48,211 nucleotides of DNA from Chara braunii. Lineage: Eukaryota; Plantae; Charophyceae. The position numbers and the translations under genes were made by a program. Numbering within the stretch: position 1 is the first letter of the stretch; the number at the start of each line of letters is the position of its first letter. The notes below the pieces were generated by a model, which made no database searches, was not told the origin of the DNA, and saw only the letters and a list, made by a program, of their open reading frames with translations. Below, in pieces: positions 22,986-33,949 of the stretch. The stretch lies in NCBI GenBank assembly GCA_003427395.1, contig BFEA01000039.1, forward strand, positions 1,575,774 to 1,623,984. The letters are read 5' to 3'.

Positions 22986-23693
22986 TTAGTCGTCCGCGGA
23001 GCTCCCATCTAAAATCCTGCCCCTGTCTATCTCCCCACTTGTCTCTGCTCTCCTTACCTCGTCTCTGACCCTGAACACGACTCTGCGCAACTGTCTACGT
23101 GTGGGAATCGCTCGGTCTAGATAGTAAGTAAGTAACCAGGCTAGCTCGACGGCAGTTATCATAAACCGTGTCGCCCTCTGCACTACAGCGAGTAGCCTCT
23201 GATGTCTCTCCTCATTGCCAAGGACTACTCCTGTGAGGAATCTAGGAACGATAACCGCTCTGACAAACGTAGCTCTAGGGAGCTCCCAGTCGTACGCAAA
23301 ATGCACCGTGTAGAAGGCTACCGAGTCGGCTCCGCTCCTCTCCACAAACTCACTGAACACTCTCGCACCGAATCTACGTGCTAATGATGTCAGGCATAAG
23401 AGAGTGTGACAACGACGGGCAGTCTTTATCACTAGATACCTCCACTCCTCCTCTGAGAGATATAGTCTAACGTTCACTTTTTCGCGAAGAGGTTCGCTAG
23501 CCCTGTCCCTTCTAACACATACTCTAGGCTCCGCCTCAATTCTCACCCACAGGAAGACGCCCTCGCGTATGACTAGACCTCCCTGTTCAGACGGCCTATA
23601 CTTGCTCGATCCTTCCAAAGGAAGACTAATGACGTCACAGAAGCCGCTTCGTTCAACGAAATGTACTTGAGACTCCGATTCGATGTAAACCAT
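22986..23693 (-). CDS. Extra ORF-a (235 aa, unknown function), first ORF after the leader
   Basis: Intact ATG-TAA ORF; preceded by an acceptor-like tttatttttgcttag; its stop abuts the next start (TAAATG). Confidence 0.7.
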   Translation of the reverse strand: MVYIESESQVHFVERSGFCDVISLPLEGSSKYRPSEQGGLVIREGVFLWVRIEAEPRVCVRRDRASEPLREKVNVRLYLSEEEWRYLVIKTARRCHTLLCLTSLARRFGARVFSEFVERSGADSVAFYTVHFAYDWELPRATFVRAVIVPRFLTGVVLGNEERHQRLLAVVQRATRFMITAVELAWLLTYYLDRAIPTRRQLRRVVFRVRDEVRRAETSGEIDRGRILDGSSADD

Positions 23694-24550
23694 TCCTAAG
23701 CAAAAATAAAAGACGGTTCTCTCTCAGTATGTCACTCCCTGTGCTACTCTCAGACTGTTGAGCTCACAGACCCCCACGACAGGCCTCCTCTGATCACCCC
23801 TGTATCCCTTCAAGACGTCAACAGGCCTAGAAGAGAACCGCCCTCTAGCGTATCTCTCCCTACCCTCGTGTCAAGAAGGAGGTTGGATCAATGTGCCATC
23901 GTCGCTGGCCTACCTTCCCTGTCGTGACCTGAGCACGAGCCGACCAACTCATGTGCTCTAGGGTGGACCGAAGTCACACGCTAATAGGGAGGTGGTGTCT
24001 CACTCGTGCATCCTCACTCTTATCCATGCCTCTACTCGACCCACCTCAGGGATGGTCTCACATCCCGACTCGTGATCCCCCCTGCTATCCATCAGAATCG
24101 ACTAGCCTGTCTAGTCCCCGCCCAACTCCTTGCAAATTCGGGGCGCTTCTCCCCTCCCCTTCAGTCCCTTCAAGTATTCCCCTGCTCACGATTCTCTCTC
24201 TTAGATTCAATATCTGGGTGGACTGACCAAAGGGTACGGAAAATCAGAATGATATCCCTCGATCACAAGGAAGGCAACAGGAATGAAATGCATGAAAGAT
24301 GAGAAGAAAAGCAGGAATCAACGAAACCACGAAATGCAGAAATCACAATCTCACCATTGAACGTCGATCATAGGTCGATGGGGGTGTCGTCTGCCCGCTC
24401 GTGCCCGTACTGTCCAATGTCTCACTTGGGCATTCAGACCACTGGCCAACTGCTTAGCCTCCTCCGTCTTCGCTGTCCCAGTCACATCCCTGTCCTGCTC
24501 CTCTCACATCCCCGCGGTTACAGGCGGACCGAAGTCCCGAGAGGCAGCCT

Positions 24551-24568
24551 TCCCCGGCAACGGCGCCA
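24551..24568 (-). promoter_or_regulatory. Primer-binding site complementary to the 3' end of tRNA-Asp
   Basis: Minus strand TGGCGCCGTTGCCGGGGA (18 nt) just inside the 5' LTR; matches plant tRNA-Asp ...TCCCCGGCAACGGCGCCA, the primer also used by Athila-type elements. Confidence 0.9.
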
Positions 24569-24782
24569 CTGTCGACCGGTAGAAGGGGTCTGCCGACACG
24601 CCGTCCGAACCCTATGCCTCGCGCCACGTCTGTCACCCGCGGAAGGGTCGGTCGGGGCTCCTGTAACCTGCACAAAACTTGTCAGTCCACATCAACAAAT
24701 ACAAGTACCGTAGACGACCGTGACCAATGCGAGAAGGAACTCATGAAACACTGTCTGGCATAAATAAAAGAAGTAGCTGCAT

Positions 24783-25025
24783 TCAGTCCAAAACAATGGG
24801 ATGTGAAACACTCGTTCCGGCCTCAGCCGTACACCTCGCTCCTCTGTCTGGGAAGTCCGTCTGAGTCCCTACGGACCTAGTCAACAAACGTCGCCTAATC
24901 CTCCTCCCGATTGGGTGTCGCCTATACCGTGCACGTCGATCCCAAGGGACTGTGCTCGAACTCTCAGTGTCGGAAGTAGCCTCCCTCGCCCATCGGGGCC
25001 AAAGCTCCAGATCCACCGTGACCAT
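24783..25025 (-). CDS. LTR-internal 80-aa ORF (5' LTR copy)
   Basis: 78/80 aa identical to 9408-9650. Confidence 0.4.
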   Translation of the reverse strand: MVTVDLELWPRWAREATSDTESSSTVPWDRRARYRRHPIGRRIRRRLLTRSVGTQTDFPDRGARCTAEAGTSVSHPIVLD

Positions 25026-25200
25026 AGTTCGGGTGTACCCCTTCGGAAAGCTACTCCACGAAAGTCCCTCTTCGGAAAGCCTGCTTCCTGAAAGTACCGC
25101 TCGAGAAGCCCCCTTCGGACGTACCCCTTCGGAAAGCCCACTTCGCGAAAGTACCCCTTCGGAAAGCCTGCTTCACGAAAGTACCCGCTCGAGAAGCCCC

Positions 25201-26000
25201 NNNNNNNNNNNNNNNNNNNNNNNNNNNNNNNNNNNNNNNNNNNNNNNNNNNNNNNNNNNNNNNNNNNNNNNNNNNNNNNNNNNNNNNNNNNNNNNNNNNN
25301 NNNNNNNNNNNNNNNNNNNNNNNNNNNNNNNNNNNNNNNNNNNNNNNNNNNNNNNNNNNNNNNNNNNNNNNNNNNNNNNNNNNNNNNNNNNNNNNNNNNN
25401 NNNNNNNNNNNNNNNNNNNNNNNNNNNNNNNNNNNNNNNNNNNNNNNNNNNNNNNNNNNNNNNNNNNNNNNNNNNNNNNNNNNNNNNNNNNNNNNNNNNN
25501 NNNNNNNNNNNNNNNNNNNNNNNNNNNNNNNNNNNNNNNNNNNNNNNNNNNNNNNNNNNNNNNNNNNNNNNNNNNNNNNNNNNNNNNNNNNNNNNNNNNN
25601 NNNNNNNNNNNNNNNNNNNNNNNNNNNNNNNNNNNNNNNNNNNNNNNNNNNNNNNNNNNNNNNNNNNNNNNNNNNNNNNNNNNNNNNNNNNNNNNNNNNN
25701 NNNNNNNNNNNNNNNNNNNNNNNNNNNNNNNNNNNNNNNNNNNNNNNNNNNNNNNNNNNNNNNNNNNNNNNNNNNNNNNNNNNNNNNNNNNNNNNNNNNN
25801 NNNNNNNNNNNNNNNNNNNNNNNNNNNNNNNNNNNNNNNNNNNNNNNNNNNNNNNNNNNNNNNNNNNNNNNNNNNNNNNNNNNNNNNNNNNNNNNNNNNN
25901 NNNNNNNNNNNNNNNNNNNNNNNNNNNNNNNNNNNNNNNNNNNNNNNNNNNNNNNNNNNNNNNNNNNNNNNNNNNNNNNNNNNNNNNNNNNNNNNNNNNN
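25201..26000. other. 800-N gap or mask inside the 5' LTR
   Basis: Same length, offset and flanks as 9826-10625. Confidence 0.99.
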
Positions 26001-26578
26001 GACTCAGTCTGGTGTCCCAATCGGTGCCCAACAGCTCAGTTCGATCCCGGGTCCCAATCTGCATCCGAGAGGTCTTCTCAATCCGCTGTCCCAACCAGCG
26101 TCCAAGTGCCCGGTCCGGCTCGGTATCCCAATCCGTGCCCAAAAGTCCCACTTCACTTGATGAGCCACGTCCAGCCAAGAGGGCAGTTCATTCCGGCGAT
26201 CCGAAGGCGTGCCCAAAAGTGTCGCCTTGAGTGATACTCGGGTGCCACAGATCGCCCGTACCTGGTCTGTGTCTGATGCCCGATTCAAAATGCCCCAGCC
26301 AAGCGCTAACGTGTGCGCTGGCGCGAACTGGCTCAGGTGCCCGCCTACCCTTTGGATCCCCCTGCTGTCCCTGATGTGCAGCGCGTAAGAAAGCGCCCCG
26401 GGCGCACGGCACCTTACCTGCTCCGACTAGGAGTGCGCTGGTGCGTGCGCGGCTTCCTGCCCGTCCTGGCCCATCCCACACAAGTGCTCGCAGGTGCCCA
26501 CGATTGCCCTCACATGAGCGCACGCATGCGTGGTAGCTCCGCAACTCATCCCCCCTTGGCGCGGGTGCGCGCAGATAC

Positions 26579-26628
<50 letters not shown>

Positions 26629-29204
26629 GTGACGCGTTGGCGATCCACCTACGCGCGCGTCATAGTGCACTCGCACGCCCCCCCCCTTCGCTGTCAGCGT
26701 GTGCAGGCACACCGGTGCGCGAGAATGTGCGTGTGTGTGTACGTGGATCTGCGCACATGTGCACGCGGGTCCACGGAAGTGTTTGCGAGGGTGCGCGCGG
26801 GTCCGTGGAAGTGTCCCCGAGAGAGCGCGCTGATGTGCACAGGTATGCGCGCGTGTGCGCGGGAGTGTGCGTGCGTGTGCACGTGGATGTGCACGTGTGT
26901 GCGCGCGGGTCCGCGGAAGTGTTCGCGAGGGTGCGCGCGGGTCCACGAAAGTGTCCCCGAGGGAGCGCGCTGATGTGCACAGGTATGCGCGCGTGTGCAT
27001 GCGGGTGTGCGGAAGTGTGCGCGTGTGTGCGCTCGGGCGCGCGCAGGTCTCCGCGCGCGTGTGTGGGTGCTCCCCTCTACTCCGTCCAGCGGAGCTCACG
27101 TGCGCCAGGGTGCGCGAGCTCCTGCGTGGGTGCATGCGAATCTCGAGCGCCCGTCTCCCGGCGCGTCTTGCTCGCCTGTCCTTACTTGCGCTTCTCTCCG
27201 CGCGTGTCCCCGTCCCGTTCGTCTGTATCGTGCGCATGAAGTCTCTGACCGCCTGTCTCCAGCGTGCGAGAAGTCCCCGTGCTCCTCTTCGTGCGTGGCC
27301 GAAAGTCCTGTGCGCCTGACTCCGCATGTCCCGAATGCCCCATGCCTGGGCCCGGTTGGGCTTAAGTACTCCGCCGGGCCCTTCCCACAAGTGCGTGTGT
27401 GTGTGCCACGGCCTCCGGTGCACCGAGGCTGCGGAACACTTGCAGCGCCTCGGTACCGTGCCTGCGCCTGGGCCTGATTGGGCCTCCGAAAGGCCACTGG
27501 CGGACAAGGCCTTCTCGTAGGGAACTGGGCCCTCTGCAGCGGCCTGGTACCATGGCTAGTCCCGAGCCTGTCTCAGGCCTGCCTGGGCCTAGGCGGTCCC
27601 CACGCAGCCGTGGTGTCGTTCTTAGGGAAAAATCCAGACGGCCCCGTTAGTGAAAATTGGACCCCTCATTCAATTGGCCTAGCCGGGCCCCGCGTCCTGG
27701 CGGGACCGCCCCTTCGGAGGAACACTCAACCGGCCCAACGGGTCTCTTGCTCGCAGTGCCGGCCTGCGTCATGGTTAGTGAGTCGCGGCCGGATAAAGTA
27801 GGCTCCTTGATCGCAGTGTCGGCCAGCTTCACGATCGGTGTGTCCCGGTAACGTGAAATAACGTCGAGCATGGTCACCGCCGCCCCGTTCTTCGTCGTGT
27901 CGTCCCCCACCGCTTGGTCGGTAATTGTTGGTAACCGTGTCGGTCCCAGTGTTGGCCCGCCTCATAGTTGATGAGGCCCAGCCAGGTAGAATACCATTGA
28001 GCGAGGGTCTTGTCGCGTGCCCTCGGAAAGGAAGTAAAGGGCGGCGTAGTATTGGAGCCGCCGGACACCGGAACGCGGCGTGGGGGACGTAGCCGCTCTC
28101 CACACATCGATCCGATCATGCAGACCGTGGCTACCAAAAATGCAGCAAAAGAAAGAGAAGAGGGGCGGAAAGGACGAAGAACAAGAAGAAGAATACAATT
28201 AGAATGGCGCCAATCCAAAATTACAGTTACACACCCGATTAAAGGCACCGACTAATCAGAATTTCGTTGCAGCCGCATAAAGAAGTGCGTAAGCAAAAGG
28301 CGTCGCGCGGCAAAAGAAAGTCCTAATTACAAAATTCCTAAATTCCTATCTAATGCGAAAAAGCAAAAAGCACAAGTGCCGGAGAGAAAGTCCAAAATTC
28401 CGAGAGCCATCGGGGCTCGATAAAATTCGAAAAGAAAATTTCAAAAAGAACGAAGCAAAATTCCTGCGCGATGTCCGCGCCTAAAAAGTTCCGAAACCGA
28501 AACAAAAGAAACGACGTCAACATTTATTAATTGCGGGCTTGTCGGTGCGCCAGTCATCCACCCGACCAATCAATAGCCCGTCTCGAGACACACCCAGCTC
28601 CGAACTCAGCCATCCGAAAAGAATCGACGGAAAAGACGAAGAAGCGAGGGTACTGATGCAATTTCCCATCCATCCCAATCTGCCGTAATTGGCCCAACCT
28701 TCCCAGCTTAGGACCCTTCATTGCTATTGCGCAGAAAGTCGCGCGCTACATTAAGTGGTTCGTCACAGGCCTCCTGTAATGTTGGAGACATATAACCTGC
28801 ACGAACGGAGGGGAACCTCACAAATCTGCCCGTATGGAAACTTCTTTCCATGTTTTTCAGTTCTCTGGGAGGAGCTATGGGTTCTGTTTTTTTGTGTTTT
28901 TTTAAACTTTTATAATTTTTTTTTGCCTGTTAGTTAAACCACTAGTACATCCAGGCCTCGTTTTGTCGAGGCGGGAAAGGACTGCAGACCAAGCTTTGCC
29001 GAAGAGCCAGCGTAACTTTTGCTTTTGGTTTTGCCTGGCATCACCAGCCTTTTTGGTCCGGTGGCGCCCAGCCTCCGAAGAACGTGGTATAGGTTATGTT
29101 GCGCACTACAGGCTGCAAGACCGTGCCCTAGCTGTGTGTCAGTAGAAGGGCAATAGAAAACGGAAATTGTCTTTTGCTTCGCTGCTAACATTGAGTGAGA
29201 TCAA

Positions 29205-29276
29205 GCAGCCTAGCTCAGTTGGTTAGGCACACAAATGGCATTCAGGAGGCCGTGGGTTCAATCCCCACTGACCGCC
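29205..29276 (+). other. tRNA-like sequence (pseudo-tRNA or SINE head)
   Basis: TAGCTCAGTTGG A-box and GGTTCAATCCC B-box at tRNA spacing; poor acceptor and anticodon stems; no TSD found. Confidence 0.6.
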
Positions 29277-30061
29277 TGGGCATGCTTAGTGCCAACCAAC
29301 TGAGGTAGTTGGCTTGCTCGCACCAATTGACGTAGTTGGCTGCTTCCCCCCCGCGGTATTGGTAGTGTCTTGGGCCATCACGTGTGTGTGTGTGTCTGGG
29401 GGGGGGGGGGGGGGGGGGCCATGCCTGCGGTGTGTGAGTGCTGGCCATAGACATTGGCCATGATGTGTGGGGGGGGGGGGGGGGGGGGGGGGGGGGTCTG
29501 TGGTGTGTGAGTGCTGGCCATAGGCACCGCTGTTACAGCCACAGGCAAAATGCACGGTCTTTGTGTTAGCCAGAGGCCACCACCGTCGGCCCCACCGTAC
29601 TCCCTAACCACCAAGGATAGGGTGGGGGGCAACATGCATCCCCTTGATTATGGGAGGTGGCTATGCTTGCAGGGGTTCCCTATATGGGCTGAGTAGTAGT
29701 GGTAGGTAGGTAGCGAGAGGAAAGTGGGAGAAGAATATAGCTTAGCTTTTTTTTTTTGAAAAAAAGAAGAGATGTTGAGTGGTGGCCTTAGACACTGTTG
29801 TTACTCGGTGGGGTTGGGGGAAGTAGACGGGAGGTGCAGCTACTGGCAAACGCTATGTCTTTGCAGCGGCCGCCGCCTGCCCCCTACAGAGGCCCAACTC
29901 TACCCCTAACCACCATGATTAGGGTGGGGGCAACATGAATCCCAGTGATTGTGAGATGTAGCTAAGCTTGCAAGGATCCCTTGTATGTAGGGCCTAAAAG
30001 TATTGGCTTAGGAGTAGAGATAGGTCGGTAGTAAAAGGTGAATTTGAAAGAAGAATATCTT

Positions 30062-30321
30062 AATTGACCAGTACACTTCCCAGCCATTTTTTCGGAGTCG
30101 CGGTGTGCGTGCTGCCTCGTCTCTCGGGAAATATCGGGGCGTTGTTTTGCGACACATCCGTCCAGGCAAAACAGGCAGGTCACATGCAAGGCCTGTTTTG
30201 CCCATTAGGCCTGGATGGATGTCCAGCGAAAAGGTGCCCTGGTATTTCTCACCCAACGAGGCAGGCTGCACGCAGCAACTTAAAGAAAAAATGGCTAGGA
30301 AACATACTGGTCTGATCAATT
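30062..30321. mobile_element. Fold-back MITE-like element (~250 bp imperfect palindrome)
   Basis: accagtacacttcccagccatttttt / aaaaaatggctaggaaacatactggt; tgcctcgt / acgaggca; acatccgtccaggc / gcctggatggatgt. Confidence 0.7.
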
Positions 30322-30375
30322 CAAATTATCCTGATGATCGACATGCTCGGTTTAGATTTCAAACCTCGTATTGGA

Positions 30376-30735
30376 ATTCCTATAAAAGCTTCCAAAAAAA
30401 ACTTCTGATTCTCGAATTTTTTTCCTATAAAAGCTTTTTAAAATATTCTCGAAATAATTTCCTATAAAAGCTTCTAAAAAACTTCTGATTCTACAACTCG
30501 AAATATTTTCCGAATAAAAGCTTCAAAAAACTTCTGCTTCTCGAAATATTTTCCTACAAAAGCTTCTAAAAATATTTTCGAAATAATTTCATATAAAAGC
30601 TTCTAAGAAATTTCTGAAAAGGTTCTTCAAATAAATTCCTATAGAAGTTCTATAAACAAAATATTTTTCTATAAAAGCTTCTAAGAAATTTCTGAAAAGA
30701 TTCTTCAAATAAATTCCTATGGAAGTTCTATAAAC
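30376..30735. repeat. AT-rich minisatellite (~30-45-bp units, about 10 copies)
   Basis: Recurrent ttcctataaaagcttctaaaaa...tctcgaaata. Confidence 0.85.
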
Positions 30736-31329
30736 TCAGATAATTTTGATTTTGATCAAGGAAGGAGGGGGGGAATTAAAAAGGGGAGGAGGGGAGGAGG
30801 AAAGGTGGCCTTCAATCAGAGGATGGATGTCGGGGAAGGTGAGTTGGTCAGGAGGACGAGGCTGGGATGACATGGGCCGGTGCTGGAGCTTGGCTCTGTG
30901 ACCCAGGGGGTAGCTTGAGGCCCATGGAATTATGCCGAGGGTGGAAGGCATAACCACATCGTCCAACACAAGCGGCGCCGGGGTTCTGACCCTGTAACCT
31001 GTGTAGGGGTTTGTCGCTATGGGAATTGCCGAGGGAGGAAGGCACTTCCTATCCGACAGAACTAGGTTGGTCGGTACTGGGGAAGGTTGCGGTGCCCTGT
31101 TACCCATGCAGAAGGGGGTATGAGACCAAGTGTGCTCTGGCTCGAGGACCGAAAGTCGAGACCGACGGCTCCTTTGTTGAGGGGGGGACTTTAGGATGGT
31201 TGGTATTTAGTTTTGACCCCTTTTTTTTTTCTTTTTACAGATGGTTGTTCGGGGGTCTTAAGAATGTTTTTGGGCTCTCGGGATCCCTAACAACTTTTCT
31301 CAGGTGGTTTTTGATGCTGTTATACTCAG

Positions 31330-32040
31330 GGACCTGTGGCTGCTCGATGTCAGAACGATGCTGGCTGGAGCTGGGGTGTTACCCTGTGACCTGTGATGCA
31401 GGAGCATGAGGCCTGGTAGAGAGATCTGGGGATGCTTAGGGGTGGGCATCCTACGGAACAGCTAAGGGTTGCTGCTGGGACGACGCTGGTCGGAGCTGGG
31501 GTGAGTTGTGTCACCATGTAACCTAGCAGGATGTGGGGTGTGAGACCTCGAAGAGCTCGGCAGGGAGTAGGACAGGGTTGAAAGGCCTCAGAAGGAGCGT
31601 TAGGGATTCCAAGGGTTTCTTAGCATTTCTAGGACCCGCCAGGCCTTTTTTATGTTTTCAAATTACGAATATTTACGTAGTTAAATCCAATTCTCAAAAA
31701 AAGGGGGTAGTCTGTTCTGTCCTTAAAAAGTCTTCTGGATCCTGGGGTTTCCTGGCAATCTCTTCTAGGTAGTTTCAAGGCTGTAATACTCGGTGACCTA
31801 AGGCTGTTCGACGCCAGAACGACGCTGGCCGGTGCTGGGGTGTTGCCCTGTAACCTGTTGATGCAGGGGCATGAGGCCTGGTAGAGAGATCTGGGGGTGC
31901 TTTGGGGAGGCATCCCACGGGACAACCAAGGGTTGCTGCTGAGACGACGCTGGCCGGAGTTGGGGTGAGTTGTGTTGCCCTGTAACCCAGCAGGATGGGG
32001 GGTGTGAGGCCTGGAAGCTCGGCAGGGAATACGACAATGT
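31330..32040. repeat. ~240-bp direct repeat (about 31340-31575 and 31805-32040) with internal sub-repeats; degenerate copies at 30840-31010
   Basis: gacgctggccgg.gctggggtg...ccctgtaacc...catgaggcctggtagagagatctgggg occurs twice. Confidence 0.8.
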
Positions 32041-33302
32041 TGGAGATCCTTGGAAGGATCTGTTAGGGATTTTGCGGGTTTGGGGGCTTTTTTAGGACTT
32101 TTGCAGTGTATTCCCGTACCTTTTCTGAGTAACGGGAAGGTAAGGGATCGAGAGAGAAAGGTATCATGCATCCTGCTAGTGAAGGGGCTAGCTGGTAGGA
32201 CAGAAATAGGGCATAGCAGCAGTAGAGATGGTGGCTTTGCTGCAGTAAGTCTTGCCGGAGTGGGGTGAGAAGGACTGTTGGTGGATTCCTGAGTCTTCTT
32301 CTGGTTTTTGTTTATCTTTGAATGTTCCTTACAAAAAAGCTCTGAAGTAGCCTTAGTAAAAAAAAAAAAAAAAAAAAAAAGGGATGCCACGCGCCCGTCT
32401 GCGATTAGGAGACGTTTTTCTAAGGTTTCCATCTTTCCATTGGTTCTGCAATTTGGGCAAAGGACGGTAAGGCCGGTTGTGCGGCCTCTGATCCAAGGCG
32501 GACAAAGCGGATGCAGGCCAGATGTCAGGTTGGCAGACTCTGACAAGGAGATTGCTTACTGCGGTTCCGAGGATAAGCGCCCTCCGGCAGGACAAGTGAT
32601 TGTTGTTCCTTCCTTGTTGACCCCGGTACCACAAGCAGCATGCACCGGAGCAGGAATCGATGGTTCAGGACCTCCAGCCATTGCGGCTATTGTTTCCCAA
32701 AGATAGTTCTGTACAGGTAAAGGCAGGACCAGAGTCCTTGGAGTACCAGCAGTAGCAGCTACCGGCCCCTAGTAGTAGTACCCTGGTACGGTCCAAGGCT
32801 GGACTGGTGTGCTTGGAGTACCAGCCACTGCAGCTTCACGCCACAATTGTAGTTTGGTACGGGCCCAGGCGGGACAGCTGCATCTCGCTTATGCAAGACA
32901 GCCAATAACATTCCAGGACGCGTGAAATTCCGTTCTCCATGAGGTAGTTACACCCTGCCCAGCCTACTATCTTCACCCAAGTAAAATGCCCGGTCATTCT
33001 TGTTGCATCTGGTCTGCAAGCTGCCCCAAATATACCTATAATGCCCCGGGTTCTCTATACGGATGAAGATGGTAGGTGTACCTGACAATCTCACAATCAC
33101 ACTGGCCTATCTCAGGCGGTTGGGAATTTTGCTACTTAATGTTCAGTCATGGTGCGAGTTTCGGTGTATACTCGCACTACAGTGTAGAAGGACTTCAAGT
33201 TGATCTACCGGTAGCTGCCGATCTGCAATTTTGAGTGCGTAGTGTGACTTGCCCTCAGTCAGAGACAATCAGGGCATACTCTTACAATTGCCAACTGAAG
33301 TA

Positions 33303-33467
33303 GAGTCACAAAAACGAGTAATAATTGCACTATGGGGCGTGATACAGTTTGCAATTGCACTTAGGGCACGGCACCTGGCCAGAAAGATGGGTTGTATACC
33401 TTGCCCGAACTACAATTGCAAACTGTATATTGGCCCATACTGCAATTATAACTCATTTTTGTGACTC
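33303..33467. mobile_element. Fold-back MITE-like hairpin with 66-bp arms and a 33-nt loop
   Basis: gagtcacaaaaacgagtaataattgcactatggg...atacagtttgcaattg...gggca pairs with 33402-33467. Confidence 0.8.
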
Positions 33468-33949
33468 CCTTGTAGTTTCCCCAAAAAAGGAAAAAGAAAG
33501 CCCTGATGATCTTGAATCACCTCTCTCCATTTTGTGGTTGATGTTTTTGGAAATTTGGAAGTCTTGTTAAACCACCAATACTCCCTCGAGTTGTGCTCGT
33601 TAGCGCACTACGATTTCCGGAAACGTACGGGCTACTACAGGAGTGCCCAAATTCATCCGACTAGAAACGTTTCTACTCTTTTTTTTTTCCGTGGCCGATA
33701 GCTGGGCCAAGTACTGGTGGTTTAAGACCCTATCTGTTGAACACGTAGTCAATCGAAGGGGTTGGCAATGGTTTGAACCCAGAAAAATCAGGAGCCATCT
33801 GCTCCCTTCCTCGGCTCACGGTGCGCTTGGCTTATGCTCTGTTGCTGCTAGTGTGCGACGGAGGCTTGCCTTAAGTTTCTGTCAGCTCTGCTTCATGGGT
33901 TATGTGACTGAAGACCTGCAGCATTTGTGTGGCACATGTCCACTGGCTG

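Larger units (their letters stand above)
9195..28067 (-). mobile_element. Full-length Ty3/Gypsy LTR retrotransposon (18.9 kb) with an extra-ORF cluster upstream of gag; coding regions decayed
   Basis: Direct repeats 9195-12651 and 24570-28067 with TGT...ACA ends; CCGG TSD at 9191-9194 and 28068-28071; PBS and PPT on the minus strand; domain order gag-PR-RT-RH-IN (Gypsy order). Confidence 0.96.
24570..28067 (-). repeat. 5' LTR of the Gypsy element (~3.5 kb including 800 N)
   Basis: Collinear with 9195-12651 (about 20 mismatches in the first 631 bp, counted by eye); 1 nt from the PBS. Confidence 0.95.
7443..28767 (-). mobile_element. Solo-LTR-like element B (~2.45 kb: 7443-9194 plus 28072-28767), split by the Gypsy insertion
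   Basis: TGTGACG...CGTCACA ends; GGCC TSD (7439-7442, 28768-28771); the rejoined halves are collinear with 35750-36698. Confidence 0.9.

Noticed and set aside
7443-28767. Elements A-C as Ginger-type DNA transposons (TGT ends, 4-bp TSD)
   Set aside because: Inverted termini are only 6-7 bp and no transposase is present; a solo-LTR origin fits better, though it is unproven without a full-length parent
31650-32706. 298-aa and 132-aa ORFs
   Set aside because: They run through poly(A/T) and direct repeats with no recognisable motifs
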